From a virus, in IMG/VR virus record IMGVR_UViG_3300045988_104228, positions 1-39,274 of that record: a stretch of DNA of 39,274 nt; one strand, written 5' to 3'. The notes beneath the pieces were generated by a model that saw nothing but the letters and a program-made list of their open reading frames with translations, was not told where the DNA came from and made no database searches. Positions 13,629-21,013 of this stretch are shown here, piece by piece (positions within the stretch are counted from its first letter, which is position 1; every line of letters starts with the position of its first letter). The translations under genes were made by a program, and so were the position numbers.

Positions 13629-14012
13629 ATGGATTGCAGTAAAACAATAGACTTCTTTGCCGAAGCAAAAAGGCTTTGCGATTCACGCACCGGGTGCACA
13701 GCTGATGTGGCTAACAAAGAGCAATGCCCGCTGTTTGCTTTTTGCAAGCACCCCGGTATAACAAGGGGCGCCGAATATGCCAAAAAGTTAATTGAAAATC
13801 TACAAAAGTGGAGCAATGAACACCCGAAGAAAACATACGCACAAGACTTCTTTGAAAAATTCCCGAAAGCGCGGAGAAACTCGGATGGAACCCCGTTTGT
13901 ATGCAGAGAAAGAATCTACGGCGGAGAGTGTCCAGTGTTAGAATGCGATGAATGTTGGAACAAGGATTGTTGGAACGAGCCTATGAACGATGAAGAAACA
14001 AAAGGAGCTTAA
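13629..14012 (+). CDS. Cys-rich hypothetical protein
   Basis: SD GAAAGGA before ATG 13629; no recognised domain. Confidence 0.55.
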   Translation: MDCSKTIDFFAEAKRLCDSRTGCTADVANKEQCPLFAFCKHPGITRGAEYAKKLIENLQKWSNEHPKKTYAQDFFEKFPKARRNSDGTPFVCRERIYGGECPVLECDECWNKDCWNEPMNDEETKGA

Positions 14013-14016
14013 CAAA

Positions 14017-14427
14017 ATGAAAATTGTTTTAGAAAAAGGCGCATACAAACCCGAAAAAGCACACCCCGATGATGCAGGATTTGACCTCATGGCAAGGGAA
14101 GGTCAGATAGTCCCGGCGCATGGTAGCGCGACATTTAACACAGGCGTACATATCGAGATACCGCAAGGGTTCGTCGGATTTCTCAAGAGCAAGAGCGGAC
14201 TTAATGTCAAACACGGCATAACAAGTGAGGGCGTTATCGACGCGGGCTATACAGGCAGTATTTGCGTCAAACTATACAACAACACCCAAATTCCTTACTT
14301 GGTCAAAAAGGGCGATAAGATATCGCAGCTCGTCATTTTGCCGATTTGCAGCGATGAGCTTGAAGTCGTCGATACTCTCGACGAGACGGCACGCGGCAAT
14401 AACGGATTTGGTTCAAGCGGGAGGTAA
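14017..14427 (+). CDS. dut: dUTP diphosphatase (trimeric dUTPase)
   Basis: AGFDL, VIDAGYTG, ISQLVI and C-terminal RGNNGFGSSG motifs. Confidence 0.9.
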   Translation: MKIVLEKGAYKPEKAHPDDAGFDLMAREGQIVPAHGSATFNTGVHIEIPQGFVGFLKSKSGLNVKHGITSEGVIDAGYTGSICVKLYNNTQIPYLVKKGDKISQLVILPICSDELEVVDTLDETARGNNGFGSSGR

Positions 14428-14429
14428 AA

Positions 14430-14738
14430 ATGATAATAGCAAAAAAAGCGTTAGAGCTTCTAAACGATGTAGAATTTTCTGAAAAGTATCAAGGCGCACA
14501 AGAATATACAGAAATGCTTATCGTGTGCAAAGAAGCTCTCGATAAGCAGATACCGAAGAAGCCTCAATATGTTGATACAAGATTTAGGCATCACGGAAGA
14601 GAAATAAGTGACGGCTCGTCGCTCGATAAATGCTATAAATGTCCTAATTGTAATAGTCATATTTTTCATGTTTTTGATAGTGAAAAATGTTGTAAATATT
14701 GCGGGCAGGCTTTAGATTGGAGTGACAACAATGCGTGA
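14430..14738 (+). CDS. Hypothetical protein with a C-terminal zinc ribbon
   Basis: CYKCPNC...CCKYCGQ; SD GGGAGG. Confidence 0.55.
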   Translation: MIIAKKALELLNDVEFSEKYQGAQEYTEMLIVCKEALDKQIPKKPQYVDTRFRHHGREISDGSSLDKCYKCPNCNSHIFHVFDSEKCCKYCGQALDWSDNNA

Positions 14739-15153
14739 GATACTTTTTCGCGGCAAAACAATAGGCAACGGTGAATGGGTTGAGGGATATTATTATAAAG
14801 CTAAGTATTGCAGAACTGACGACGAGCTTTGTGATTATATTACTGTTCCGCACCCAAAAGAATACAACGAGCCAAGTTCGCACTATATTGTAAACCCTGA
14901 AACCATAGGACAGTACATAGGTCTGAAAGATAGAAAAGGCACAAATATTTTTGAGGGCGATATAGTAAAGAGAGTTTGCTTCGGCAAAATGAGCATTTAT
15001 CAAATTGTCTATGACAACGATCTCACGAGTTTTATCGGGCAAGCGGGTGTGAGATTTACAACATTTGACTATGGTCCAACCGAATTTGAGGTTATTGGCA
15101 ATATCTATGATAACCCCGAACTATTAGGAGGTAACAACAATGGCACTTGCTAA
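14731..15153 (+). CDS. YopX-family protein
   Basis: MREILFRGK..., NIFEGDIV, FEVIGNIYDNPELLGG are typical of YopX. Confidence 0.8.
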   Translation: MREILFRGKTIGNGEWVEGYYYKAKYCRTDDELCDYITVPHPKEYNEPSSHYIVNPETIGQYIGLKDRKGTNIFEGDIVKRVCFGKMSIYQIVYDNDLTSFIGQAGVRFTTFDYGPTEFEVIGNIYDNPELLGGNNNGTC

Positions 15154-15316
15154 AAGATGTGATAAATGCGGCAACATATATGTATTCCGTATACGCGATA
15201 AAACGACTATTTTAGACTGGGACGGTGAAACGGTGTTTGTGCGAGGCGAATTCAAAGATTTGTGCCCAATATGCATGGAAAAGCTAATGAAATGGTTCGA
15301 AAGCGAGGATGATTAA
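15140..15316 (+). CDS. Small zinc-ribbon protein (58 aa)
   Basis: CDKCG...CPIC; ORF fills the gap exactly; below the ORF-track length cutoff. Confidence 0.45.
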   Translation: MALAKRCDKCGNIYVFRIRDKTTILDWDGETVFVRGEFKDLCPICMEKLMKWFESEDD

Positions 15317-15751
15317 ATGGCTGATGCAGACAGAGAACGGCTGATTAAAATTCTAAAACTTGGTTCTTGCCCGTCGCCTTATCTTTGCGACGAGAATTGC
15401 AAGTATGCAAACCTTGAACGGTGCTATGAGGAAAGGACGGCAGACTTACTTCTTGAACATGGCGTTATCGTGCCTCCCTGCAAGGTAGGAGATACGGTGT
15501 ATCGCATTACGCAATGTTCTTGTGAAGATATTGACGGAGCACAGACTGAATGCGAATTTTATGGTTTTGGAACAGATGATAGGATTTGCGAGCTTCCAAA
15601 TGACGTGAAATGTCCTTATAAGCTTAGAGTCGCTGGTTGCAATGTAACAGAAATAAATATCTTTATGTTTGCAAGAGAATGGGGAAGTGCTACATTTCCT
15701 ACCCGTGAAGAAGCAGAACGAGCATTAAAGGAGCGTGAAGACAATGCCTGA
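15317..15751 (+). CDS. Cys-rich hypothetical protein
   Basis: SD GAGGATG; no recognised domain. Confidence 0.55.
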   Translation: MADADRERLIKILKLGSCPSPYLCDENCKYANLERCYEERTADLLLEHGVIVPPCKVGDTVYRITQCSCEDIDGAQTECEFYGFGTDDRICELPNDVKCPYKLRVAGCNVTEINIFMFAREWGSATFPTREEAERALKEREDNA

Positions 15752-16169
15752 CGCTGACAGATGTGTTTGCTGCGGAGAGATAGTCCCCGAAGGTCGGCAG
15801 GTGTGCCCACAATGCGAGCGCAAAAGATATATCTACACTATACCCGATATCCCGCCGTCTCTTAACAAGTTCGCGGGGCGTGAGAATGTATGGGCTTATA
15901 GAGCGGAAAAAAAGCAGTGGGAAGCTCTGTGCGCGGCGTACTGCCGACCGAAACCGTCCGAGCCGATAAAAAAGTGCGTTGTCAGAATTACATACTTTTT
16001 CCGCACAAGGCAGCGGCACGACCCCGACAACTACAACGGCAAGTTTATCCTTGACGGCTTGCGGGAAGCGGGGATAATTGAAGATGATAGTTTCTCAAAC
16101 GTCGAGCTTCAGCTGTGCGGAAGCTATGACAAGGAAAATCCGAGAACAGAGATAGAGGTGATATTGTGA
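15744..16169 (+). CDS. rusA: RusA-like Holliday junction resolvase with an N-terminal zinc ribbon
   Basis: PPSLNKF..., RHDPDNYNGKFILDGLREAGIIEDDS match RusA catalytic motifs. Confidence 0.8.
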   Translation: MPDADRCVCCGEIVPEGRQVCPQCERKRYIYTIPDIPPSLNKFAGRENVWAYRAEKKQWEALCAAYCRPKPSEPIKKCVVRITYFFRTRQRHDPDNYNGKFILDGLREAGIIEDDSFSNVELQLCGSYDKENPRTEIEVIL

Positions 16170-16582
16170 CCGTTCCCGAATACGTCAACCGAATAAAGCA
16201 CCTTGACAATGAGTTGTCATTCAAACAGCGTCAGAAATCGGAGCTGTTTGATATGTTGGTATCAATTACCGCCCCGCCGTCCGAGTCGGTGCAGAAGACA
16301 GCAGAGGACAAAATGAGCAGCTTGATATCTCAATATGTCGACTTAGGCAACGAAATCATAGAGATATATCAGAAAAAATTCGCCGCCGAAAACGAGTTTC
16401 AGGCTCTTGTGAGCCAACTCCCGCCGCAGTGGGAAGAGTTTCTGCTTTTGAGGCACCTCAGCAGGATGAGCTTTGAAGACATTGCAGAAGAGATGGGATA
16501 TTCCCGAGAGTGGTGTTGGAAAACGAACAAGAAAGCTTGCGCGGCACTCGAAGAACTACTCAACGCCAAAAGTGTACAGTAA
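16166..16582 (+). CDS. Sigma-70 region-4-like transcriptional regulator (DUF1492/ArpU-like candidate late activator), GTG start
   Basis: EEFLLLRHLSRMSFEDIAEEMGYSREWCWKTNKKACAALEELL is a region-4-type HTH; last early gene before the structural block. Confidence 0.6.
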   Translation: MTVPEYVNRIKHLDNELSFKQRQKSELFDMLVSITAPPSESVQKTAEDKMSSLISQYVDLGNEIIEIYQKKFAAENEFQALVSQLPPQWEEFLLLRHLSRMSFEDIAEEMGYSREWCWKTNKKACAALEELLNAKSVQ

Positions 16583-16610
16583 AATACTGTAAAATACAGT
16601 GAAATACAGT
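16575..16610. promoter_or_regulatory. Four TACAGT/TACTGT hexamers at exact 10-bp phasing
   Basis: TACAGTaaaaTACTGTaaaaTACAGTgaaaTACAGT; the first two form the palindrome TACAGTAaaaTACTGTA. Confidence 0.5.
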
Positions 16611-16616
16611 TGGGAG

Positions 16617-16630
16617 ATATGATATCATAT
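16617..16630. promoter_or_regulatory. 14-bp perfect palindrome ATATGATATCATAT
   Basis: Read directly; immediately follows the TACAGT array. Confidence 0.4.
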
Positions 16631-16740
16631 AGATGTAAAAGTGGACGGGCAACCGCTTTTACTTCTTTTCTCCGTTCATGTTGTTTACCACATCTCCACC
16701 GCTCGCCGGTGCGGAAAACCGGCTCCTTTCTTACCGCCTC

Positions 16741-16771
16741 GCCCTGCGGCGGGTTAATAGCAGGGCTTTTT
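16741..16771 (+). terminator. Rho-independent terminator
   Basis: GCCCTGC-ggcgggttaata-GCAGGGC followed by TTTTT. Confidence 0.6.
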
Positions 16772-16773
16772 AT

Positions 16774-16836
16774 GCGGAGCTTTCAGGCGATATGCGCATA
16801 AGCGCATTAAAGGTTCGAGTCCTTTGCTCCGATCCA
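16774..16836 (+). other. tRNA-like element: acceptor-like stem, one hairpin, canonical T-arm, discriminator and CCA; not a canonical tRNA
   Basis: cggagc/gctccg stem; AAAGG-TTCGAGT-CCTTT T-arm; ...gctccga-t-CCA; D-arm absent; central hairpin atgcgc-ataa-gcgcat cannot form a 7-nt anticodon loop. Confidence 0.35.
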
Positions 16837-17049
16837 AGCCGCCAAGAGGGCGAGGAAGCGCGAGAAGTTAAGTATTGGGTTGCCGGAGCGCTCGGCGGCG
16901 GCTTGTTAAGCCGTATAAATCCCGATGGCTGATGAAAAGACGCAGCTCGGGCGGCATATATGGTGGCATACGGTTATCTTCGGGGCTGATATACCCCGAC
17001 AGTTCGGTTCAACTCCGACTTTGCACACCTACAAGTTAGTTCCTTCCCA

Positions 17050-17093
17050 TTGGTTGTCGGTGGTTATTCGGTTGTCGGATATCCGCCGACAAC
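17050..17093. repeat. GGTTGTCGG direct repeat (17052-17060, 17070-17078) plus an inverted copy CCGACAAC (17086-17093)
   Basis: Read directly; lies 24 nt upstream of the ParB-like gene start. Confidence 0.6.
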
Positions 17094-17116
17094 GCTTTAA
17101 AAATTCAGGTGATAAC

Positions 17117-18154
17117 ATGGAGATAATTACAAAGAAAGTAAAAGACCTCAAGCCGTATGAGCGCAACCCGCGCAGAAATGACGAAGCGGTGGAGTATGTC
17201 GCCGAGAGCATATCGGAGTTCGGCTTCAAAGTCCCGATAGTAATTGACGGCGACGGCACAGTCATATGTGGTCACACGAGACTAAAGGCGGCAAAGAAGC
17301 TCCATTTGGCGGAGGTGCCTTGCATTGTTGCCGATGACCTCGACGACGAACAGATAAAAGCATTTAGGCTCGCTGACAACAAAGTCGCGGAAAAGGCGGA
17401 ATGGGACTTCGGCTTCCTTGACAAAGAGCTCGGCGGCATATTCAACTTTGACATGGGTAAGTTCGGGTTCAACTTCATGGCACCGGAAGTCAAGAAAAAG
17501 AACAAGCTCGATACCAAGACGCGGAAAGCAAATATTCTGAATCTTGAAAGGGCGCAGTTCTCCGGGGTCGGCAAATATGACATACCCGAGATACAGCCCG
17601 TATATCAGCTTCCCGAGGTCACGGACTGGATCCCGTTTGATTTTATGTTAAGTGACAAACGAAGCCCGGAAGAAAAGCAAAAAACAGGGGTACATTTTTT
17701 TCGCGATGATTATAAATTCGAGAGAATCTGGAACACTCCTGAGAAGTATATAGAAAAGCTCGCGGAATATGCTTGTGTGCTCTCTCCTGACTTTTCACCA
17801 TACGGCGATATGCCTATGGCAACACAGATATTCAACCACTATCGTAAACACTGGGTAGCGGTCTATATGCAGGAGTGCGGGCTTACTGTTATTCCGACTA
17901 TCAGAGCGAGCACTGACGAGAGATGCAAGGAGTGGTATCTTGAGGGCGAGCCTCGCGGCAGCGTTATAGCAATTTCAAGCATGTGGACGAAAGACGGCAC
18001 AACGGGCGCGGATGCGTTCGAACGGGAGTTCCAAACCATGCTCAAAGAGCTGAACCCGTCAAAGGTGTTCGTTTATGGCAAACTGCCAAAGACAGAATTT
18101 GAAAATATAGAAAGAATACCGTCTTTCGCTGAGACGAGATTCGCGCAGGATTGA
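17117..18154 (+). CDS. ParB-like N-terminal (nuclease/CTPase-fold) domain fused to a DUF4417-like domain
   Basis: LKPYERNPRRNDEAVEYVAESISEFGFKVPIVIDGDGTVICGHTRLKAAKKL is a ParB/Srx-type N-domain; SD AGGTG before ATG 17117 (the ORF-track start at 16925 crosses non-coding-looking sequence). Confidence 0.7.
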   Translation: MEIITKKVKDLKPYERNPRRNDEAVEYVAESISEFGFKVPIVIDGDGTVICGHTRLKAAKKLHLAEVPCIVADDLDDEQIKAFRLADNKVAEKAEWDFGFLDKELGGIFNFDMGKFGFNFMAPEVKKKNKLDTKTRKANILNLERAQFSGVGKYDIPEIQPVYQLPEVTDWIPFDFMLSDKRSPEEKQKTGVHFFRDDYKFERIWNTPEKYIEKLAEYACVLSPDFSPYGDMPMATQIFNHYRKHWVAVYMQECGLTVIPTIRASTDERCKEWYLEGEPRGSVIAISSMWTKDGTTGADAFEREFQTMLKELNPSKVFVYGKLPKTEFENIERIPSFAETRFAQD

Positions 18155-18206
18155 TTTTTCAAATCTTGCGTGCTATAATAACAAAAAAGAAAAGGAGAAA
18201 AAGAAA

Positions 18207-18455
18207 ATGCTGGTACCCGGATATAACCCTGAAGACCTTGAGAAAATCGACGAGTCAAAGCTTGAACCTGCAACGGATGCAGAAATACAAGAGGCAATAC
18301 AAGAAGTACTTGACGAAATGGACGAAGAGCTCAAAGAAGCTTTCAGTGAAGAGACGCTCGAGCGCGAATACGGCGATTTCATGAGAGAGTTTGAGAAAGC
18401 CGAGACTATCGAAGAACGAACGGCTGTTATGGACAAATACCACATCTCATATTAA
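18207..18455 (+). CDS. Highly acidic small protein (82 aa; about one third D/E)
   Basis: SD AAAGGAG; 27 D/E versus 8 K/R counted in the translation. Confidence 0.6.
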   Translation: MLVPGYNPEDLEKIDESKLEPATDAEIQEAIQEVLDEMDEELKEAFSEETLEREYGDFMREFEKAETIEERTAVMDKYHISY

Positions 18456-18473
18456 ACGAAGAACAAAAAGATT

Positions 18474-18502
18474 AAAGAGACTGCATCGGCGGTCTCTTTT
18501 TT
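18474..18502 (+). terminator. Rho-independent terminator
   Basis: AAAGAGAC-tgcatcggcg-GTCTCTTT followed by a T-run. Confidence 0.65.
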
Positions 18503-18521
18503 ATTTGCAGGGGGGCAAGAA

Positions 18522-19181
18522 ATGGCGAAAGGAAATAGACCTGACAGTGGCTGGGGAAAAGGCGATAACACAGGAGACGAAGGTAGCCGCGTTAGAGCGT
18601 TTTATGATAAAACAGAGAAGTTTGCTAACATGTCTATGCATGAGTTTGAAAATGCAATACGTGATAAAAGCGTTGAATATGTTGGACTGTTTGACGCGAA
18701 CGGGAAACTTGTGGTTGCAGGAACGAGCAATCACAAAGAAGCCGTCGCTATACCAACAGGACACCCAGATTTCAAAAAAGCCGTAATTCTTACACATAAT
18801 CACCCAAATGGCGATAACAGAGTAATAGGTGGTTCTTTTTCTTCAAAGGACATCAAAAATCATATAAGGTTGGGATTTGCTGGAGAATCTCGTGCCGTAG
18901 CAAATGGACCGAATGAAAACACATATATTTTTAGAGCAAAAAGAGGCGCAAAACGAAACTCTTATAAGATGATGGCGGCTGCCGATAAAGTAGAAAAAGA
19001 ATATGAATCCCGAGCGCAAAAATCGGTAGATAGCGTCAGAAGAAAGCTCGCGGCAAAGGGCAAGACCTTAAACGGCAAAGACAATCAGGTATATATCGGA
19101 ACGGCGAAAAGAATGTGGAAAGACAGCGGCATGGAAAAGTTTGGTTATGAATATGTCGAGGTCAAGAAAAAGCGTTGGTAA
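18522..19181 (+). CDS. Protein with a JAB/MPN (JAMM, RadC-like) metalloprotease motif
   Basis: AVILTHNHPNGDNRVIGGSFSSKD fits H-x-H-P...S-x-x-D; a possible upstream Glu lies in NHKEAV. Confidence 0.45.
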   Translation: MAKGNRPDSGWGKGDNTGDEGSRVRAFYDKTEKFANMSMHEFENAIRDKSVEYVGLFDANGKLVVAGTSNHKEAVAIPTGHPDFKKAVILTHNHPNGDNRVIGGSFSSKDIKNHIRLGFAGESRAVANGPNENTYIFRAKRGAKRNSYKMMAAADKVEKEYESRAQKSVDSVRRKLAAKGKTLNGKDNQVYIGTAKRMWKDSGMEKFGYEYVEVKKKRW

Positions 19182-19207
19182 CAGCGAATTAAAAGAGAGG
19201 TGGTGGC

Positions 19208-19570
19208 ATGGCTAAACAAACAGATTTCGCGGGCAAAAGACACACTTTAACAGTGGAAGACCAGAGGAAAGGCGGAAAGCGTTCAGGCGAGGTGCGCCGT
19301 GATCTGAGAGATACCCGCGAAATAGTGAGACGCGCCATGTCGATGTACCTCAAAAACAGTGACCCGGCAGAGGTCAACTACCTGAGTGAGATAACGGACG
19401 GGGCTAATATATCAGCCAAAGAGGCGATGATATACGCGCAGCTCAACCGGGCGATGAACGGCGACACAATGGCATTTAAAGCGTTGATGGAGCTTGCCGC
19501 CGAGAACGGCGGTCAGCAGCAGAGCGACATATCAGAGCTTTACAAGGCACTGGACGGTGACGACGAATGA
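19208..19570 (+). CDS. terS: Terminase small subunit
   Basis: Sits immediately upstream of and overlaps terL (ATGA); QRKGGKRSGEVRR basic DNA-binding N-terminus is typical. Confidence 0.7.
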   Translation: MAKQTDFAGKRHTLTVEDQRKGGKRSGEVRRDLRDTREIVRRAMSMYLKNSDPAEVNYLSEITDGANISAKEAMIYAQLNRAMNGDTMAFKALMELAAENGGQQQSDISELYKALDGDDE

Positions 19571-20838
19571 AAATAACAACACTGTCGCCGAAGCAAAAGG
19601 AGATTCTACGTTGGTGTCACGGCAAGAATAAAGACAAATATGATGCTATTATATGCGACGGTGCAGTCCGTTCAGGTAAGACCGTCTGCATGATTCTGTC
19701 GTTCATCCATTGGGCTATGCGGTATTTTGACGGTCAGACGTTCGCTATATGCGGCAAGACCGTCCAATCGGCAGAGCGTAACATAATAACGCCGTTGCTC
19801 GGAATGACCGATTTAACGGCGTATTTTGAGCTTAATTATAAGAGGTCAAGCAAGCTTCTTGTGGTGACCGGAAACGACAAGACAAACTATTTCTATGTGT
19901 TCGGCGGCAGAGACGAGAGTTCGGCGGGATTGATTCAGGGCTTGACCCTTGCGGGCGTGCTCTTAGACGAGGTCGCGCTTATGCCTCGCTCGTTTGTGGA
20001 GCAGTCGCTCGCGAGATGTTCGGTGACCGGGTCAAAGTACTGGTTCAACTGCAATCCCGACAGCCCGGCACATTGGTTTTATGAAGAATGGGTAACGAAG
20101 CCCGAAGAGAAACATGTCTACCACATACACTTTTTATTAACCGACAATCCGTCACTTACCGACGAGATAAGAGAGCGATATTTCAGGCTATACCCGTCGG
20201 GAGTGTTTTATCAGCGGTTTATTTTAGGTCTGTGGGTAGCGGCAGATGGGCTTGTTTACGATGTCGATGTCAACAGTTTAATTGATGATACCGTCCCGGA
20301 ACAGGGGCGTTATTTTATATCTATCGACTATGGCACATTGAATCCGTTTTCGGCGGGTCTGTGGTGCTTAAACGGCAAGACGGCGACGCGCATTAAAGAG
20401 TTTTATTATGACGGTCGCAAGCGACAGAGACAAATGACCGACGAGGAATATTATAAAGCGGTCGAAGAACTCGCCGAGGGCTATGACATTGAGCGAATAA
20501 TTGTTGACCCGTCCGCCGCGAGCTTTATCACCTGCATAAGAAAGCACGGTAAGTTCTCGGTGCGCAAGGCAAAAAACGATGTAATTGACGGAATCCGAGT
20601 CACTTCTGAGATGGTCAAAGGCGGCGTCGTAAAGATAAACTCGAGCTGCCAGGGCATCTTGAAAGAGTTCGGCATGTATCGCTGGGATGAGAAATCGACC
20701 GTTGACAAGGTTGTAAAGGAATACGACCACGCGATGGACGATATGCGTTACTTTTGTTACACGGTATTAAGGAGGGAACTCCGCTGGATGGGATACAGAG
20801 GGGACAAAAATGAAGAAAATCAAGATGTGGATATGTGA
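19567..20838 (+). CDS. terL: Terminase large subunit (PBSX/Terminase_3-like)
   Basis: Walker A CDGAVRSGKT, Walker B-like LLDEV, C-terminal nuclease region IIVDPSAASF...DHAMDDMRY. Confidence 0.9.
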   Translation: MKITTLSPKQKEILRWCHGKNKDKYDAIICDGAVRSGKTVCMILSFIHWAMRYFDGQTFAICGKTVQSAERNIITPLLGMTDLTAYFELNYKRSSKLLVVTGNDKTNYFYVFGGRDESSAGLIQGLTLAGVLLDEVALMPRSFVEQSLARCSVTGSKYWFNCNPDSPAHWFYEEWVTKPEEKHVYHIHFLLTDNPSLTDEIRERYFRLYPSGVFYQRFILGLWVAADGLVYDVDVNSLIDDTVPEQGRYFISIDYGTLNPFSAGLWCLNGKTATRIKEFYYDGRKRQRQMTDEEYYKAVEELAEGYDIERIIVDPSAASFITCIRKHGKFSVRKAKNDVIDGIRVTSEMVKGGVVKINSSCQGILKEFGMYRWDEKSTVDKVVKEYDHAMDDMRYFCYTVLRRELRWMGYRGDKNEENQDVDM

Positions 20839-21013
20839 AAAATATCTGCCGTCATACGCCAAAGAGAGCATGAAAGAAGAGCTCCGGAGCTTAAACCTTG
20901 AGGTAGATGATTTGAGACGCGAGAACGAGCGCCTGAGGGCGTATATCGCGGGGCTTGAGCGCGGCGTTAGGTCACTAAAAAAGATAGTAATAAATACGGA
21001 GGGCAACAAATGA
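20810..21013 (+). CDS. Small coiled-coil protein between terL and portal
   Basis: SD GAGGGG; heptad-like LRSLNLEVDDLRRENERLRAYIAGLERGV. Confidence 0.5.
   Translation: MKKIKMWICEKYLPSYAKESMKEELRSLNLEVDDLRRENERLRAYIAGLERGVRSLKKIVINTEGNK

Larger units (their letters stand above)
16772..17100 (+). ncRNA. Candidate structured non-coding RNA region (unclassified)
   Basis: About 330 nt (530 nt counting 16583-16771) with no credible ORF and many GC-rich complementary segments: caagccgcc/ggcggcttg, cccga..tcggg, tcgggg..ccccga, gttgtcgg..ccgacaac. Confidence 0.25.

Noticed and set aside
16774-16836. A possible bona fide tRNA gene (canonical T-arm, acceptor 3' strand and CCA).
   Set aside because: Only 63 nt long. 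There is no D-arm. The central hairpin is an even-length palindrome, so only 4-, 6- or 8-nt loops are possible and a 7-nt anticodon loop cannot form. Pair 1-72 would be G-A. It is kept as a tRNA-like element, not called as a tRNA.
16962-17029. A second tRNA-like fold (ggtggca...tgcacacc with a T-arm-like tcgg-TTCAACT-ccga).
   Set aside because: The acceptor pairing needs a bulge. There is no D-stem, the putative anticodon loop has 8 nt, and no CCA or proper discriminator context is present.
16925-17116. The N-terminal extension of the ParB-like ORF (track start 16925), and similarly the 33462 start for the fibre, 13593, 13990, 4308, 9851 and 1214.
   Set aside because: The extensions translate to non-protein-like sequence or overlap upstream genes. 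Internal ATGs with good SD sequences (17117, 33558, 13629, 14017, 4356, 9896, 1154) coincide with the start of recognisable protein sequence.
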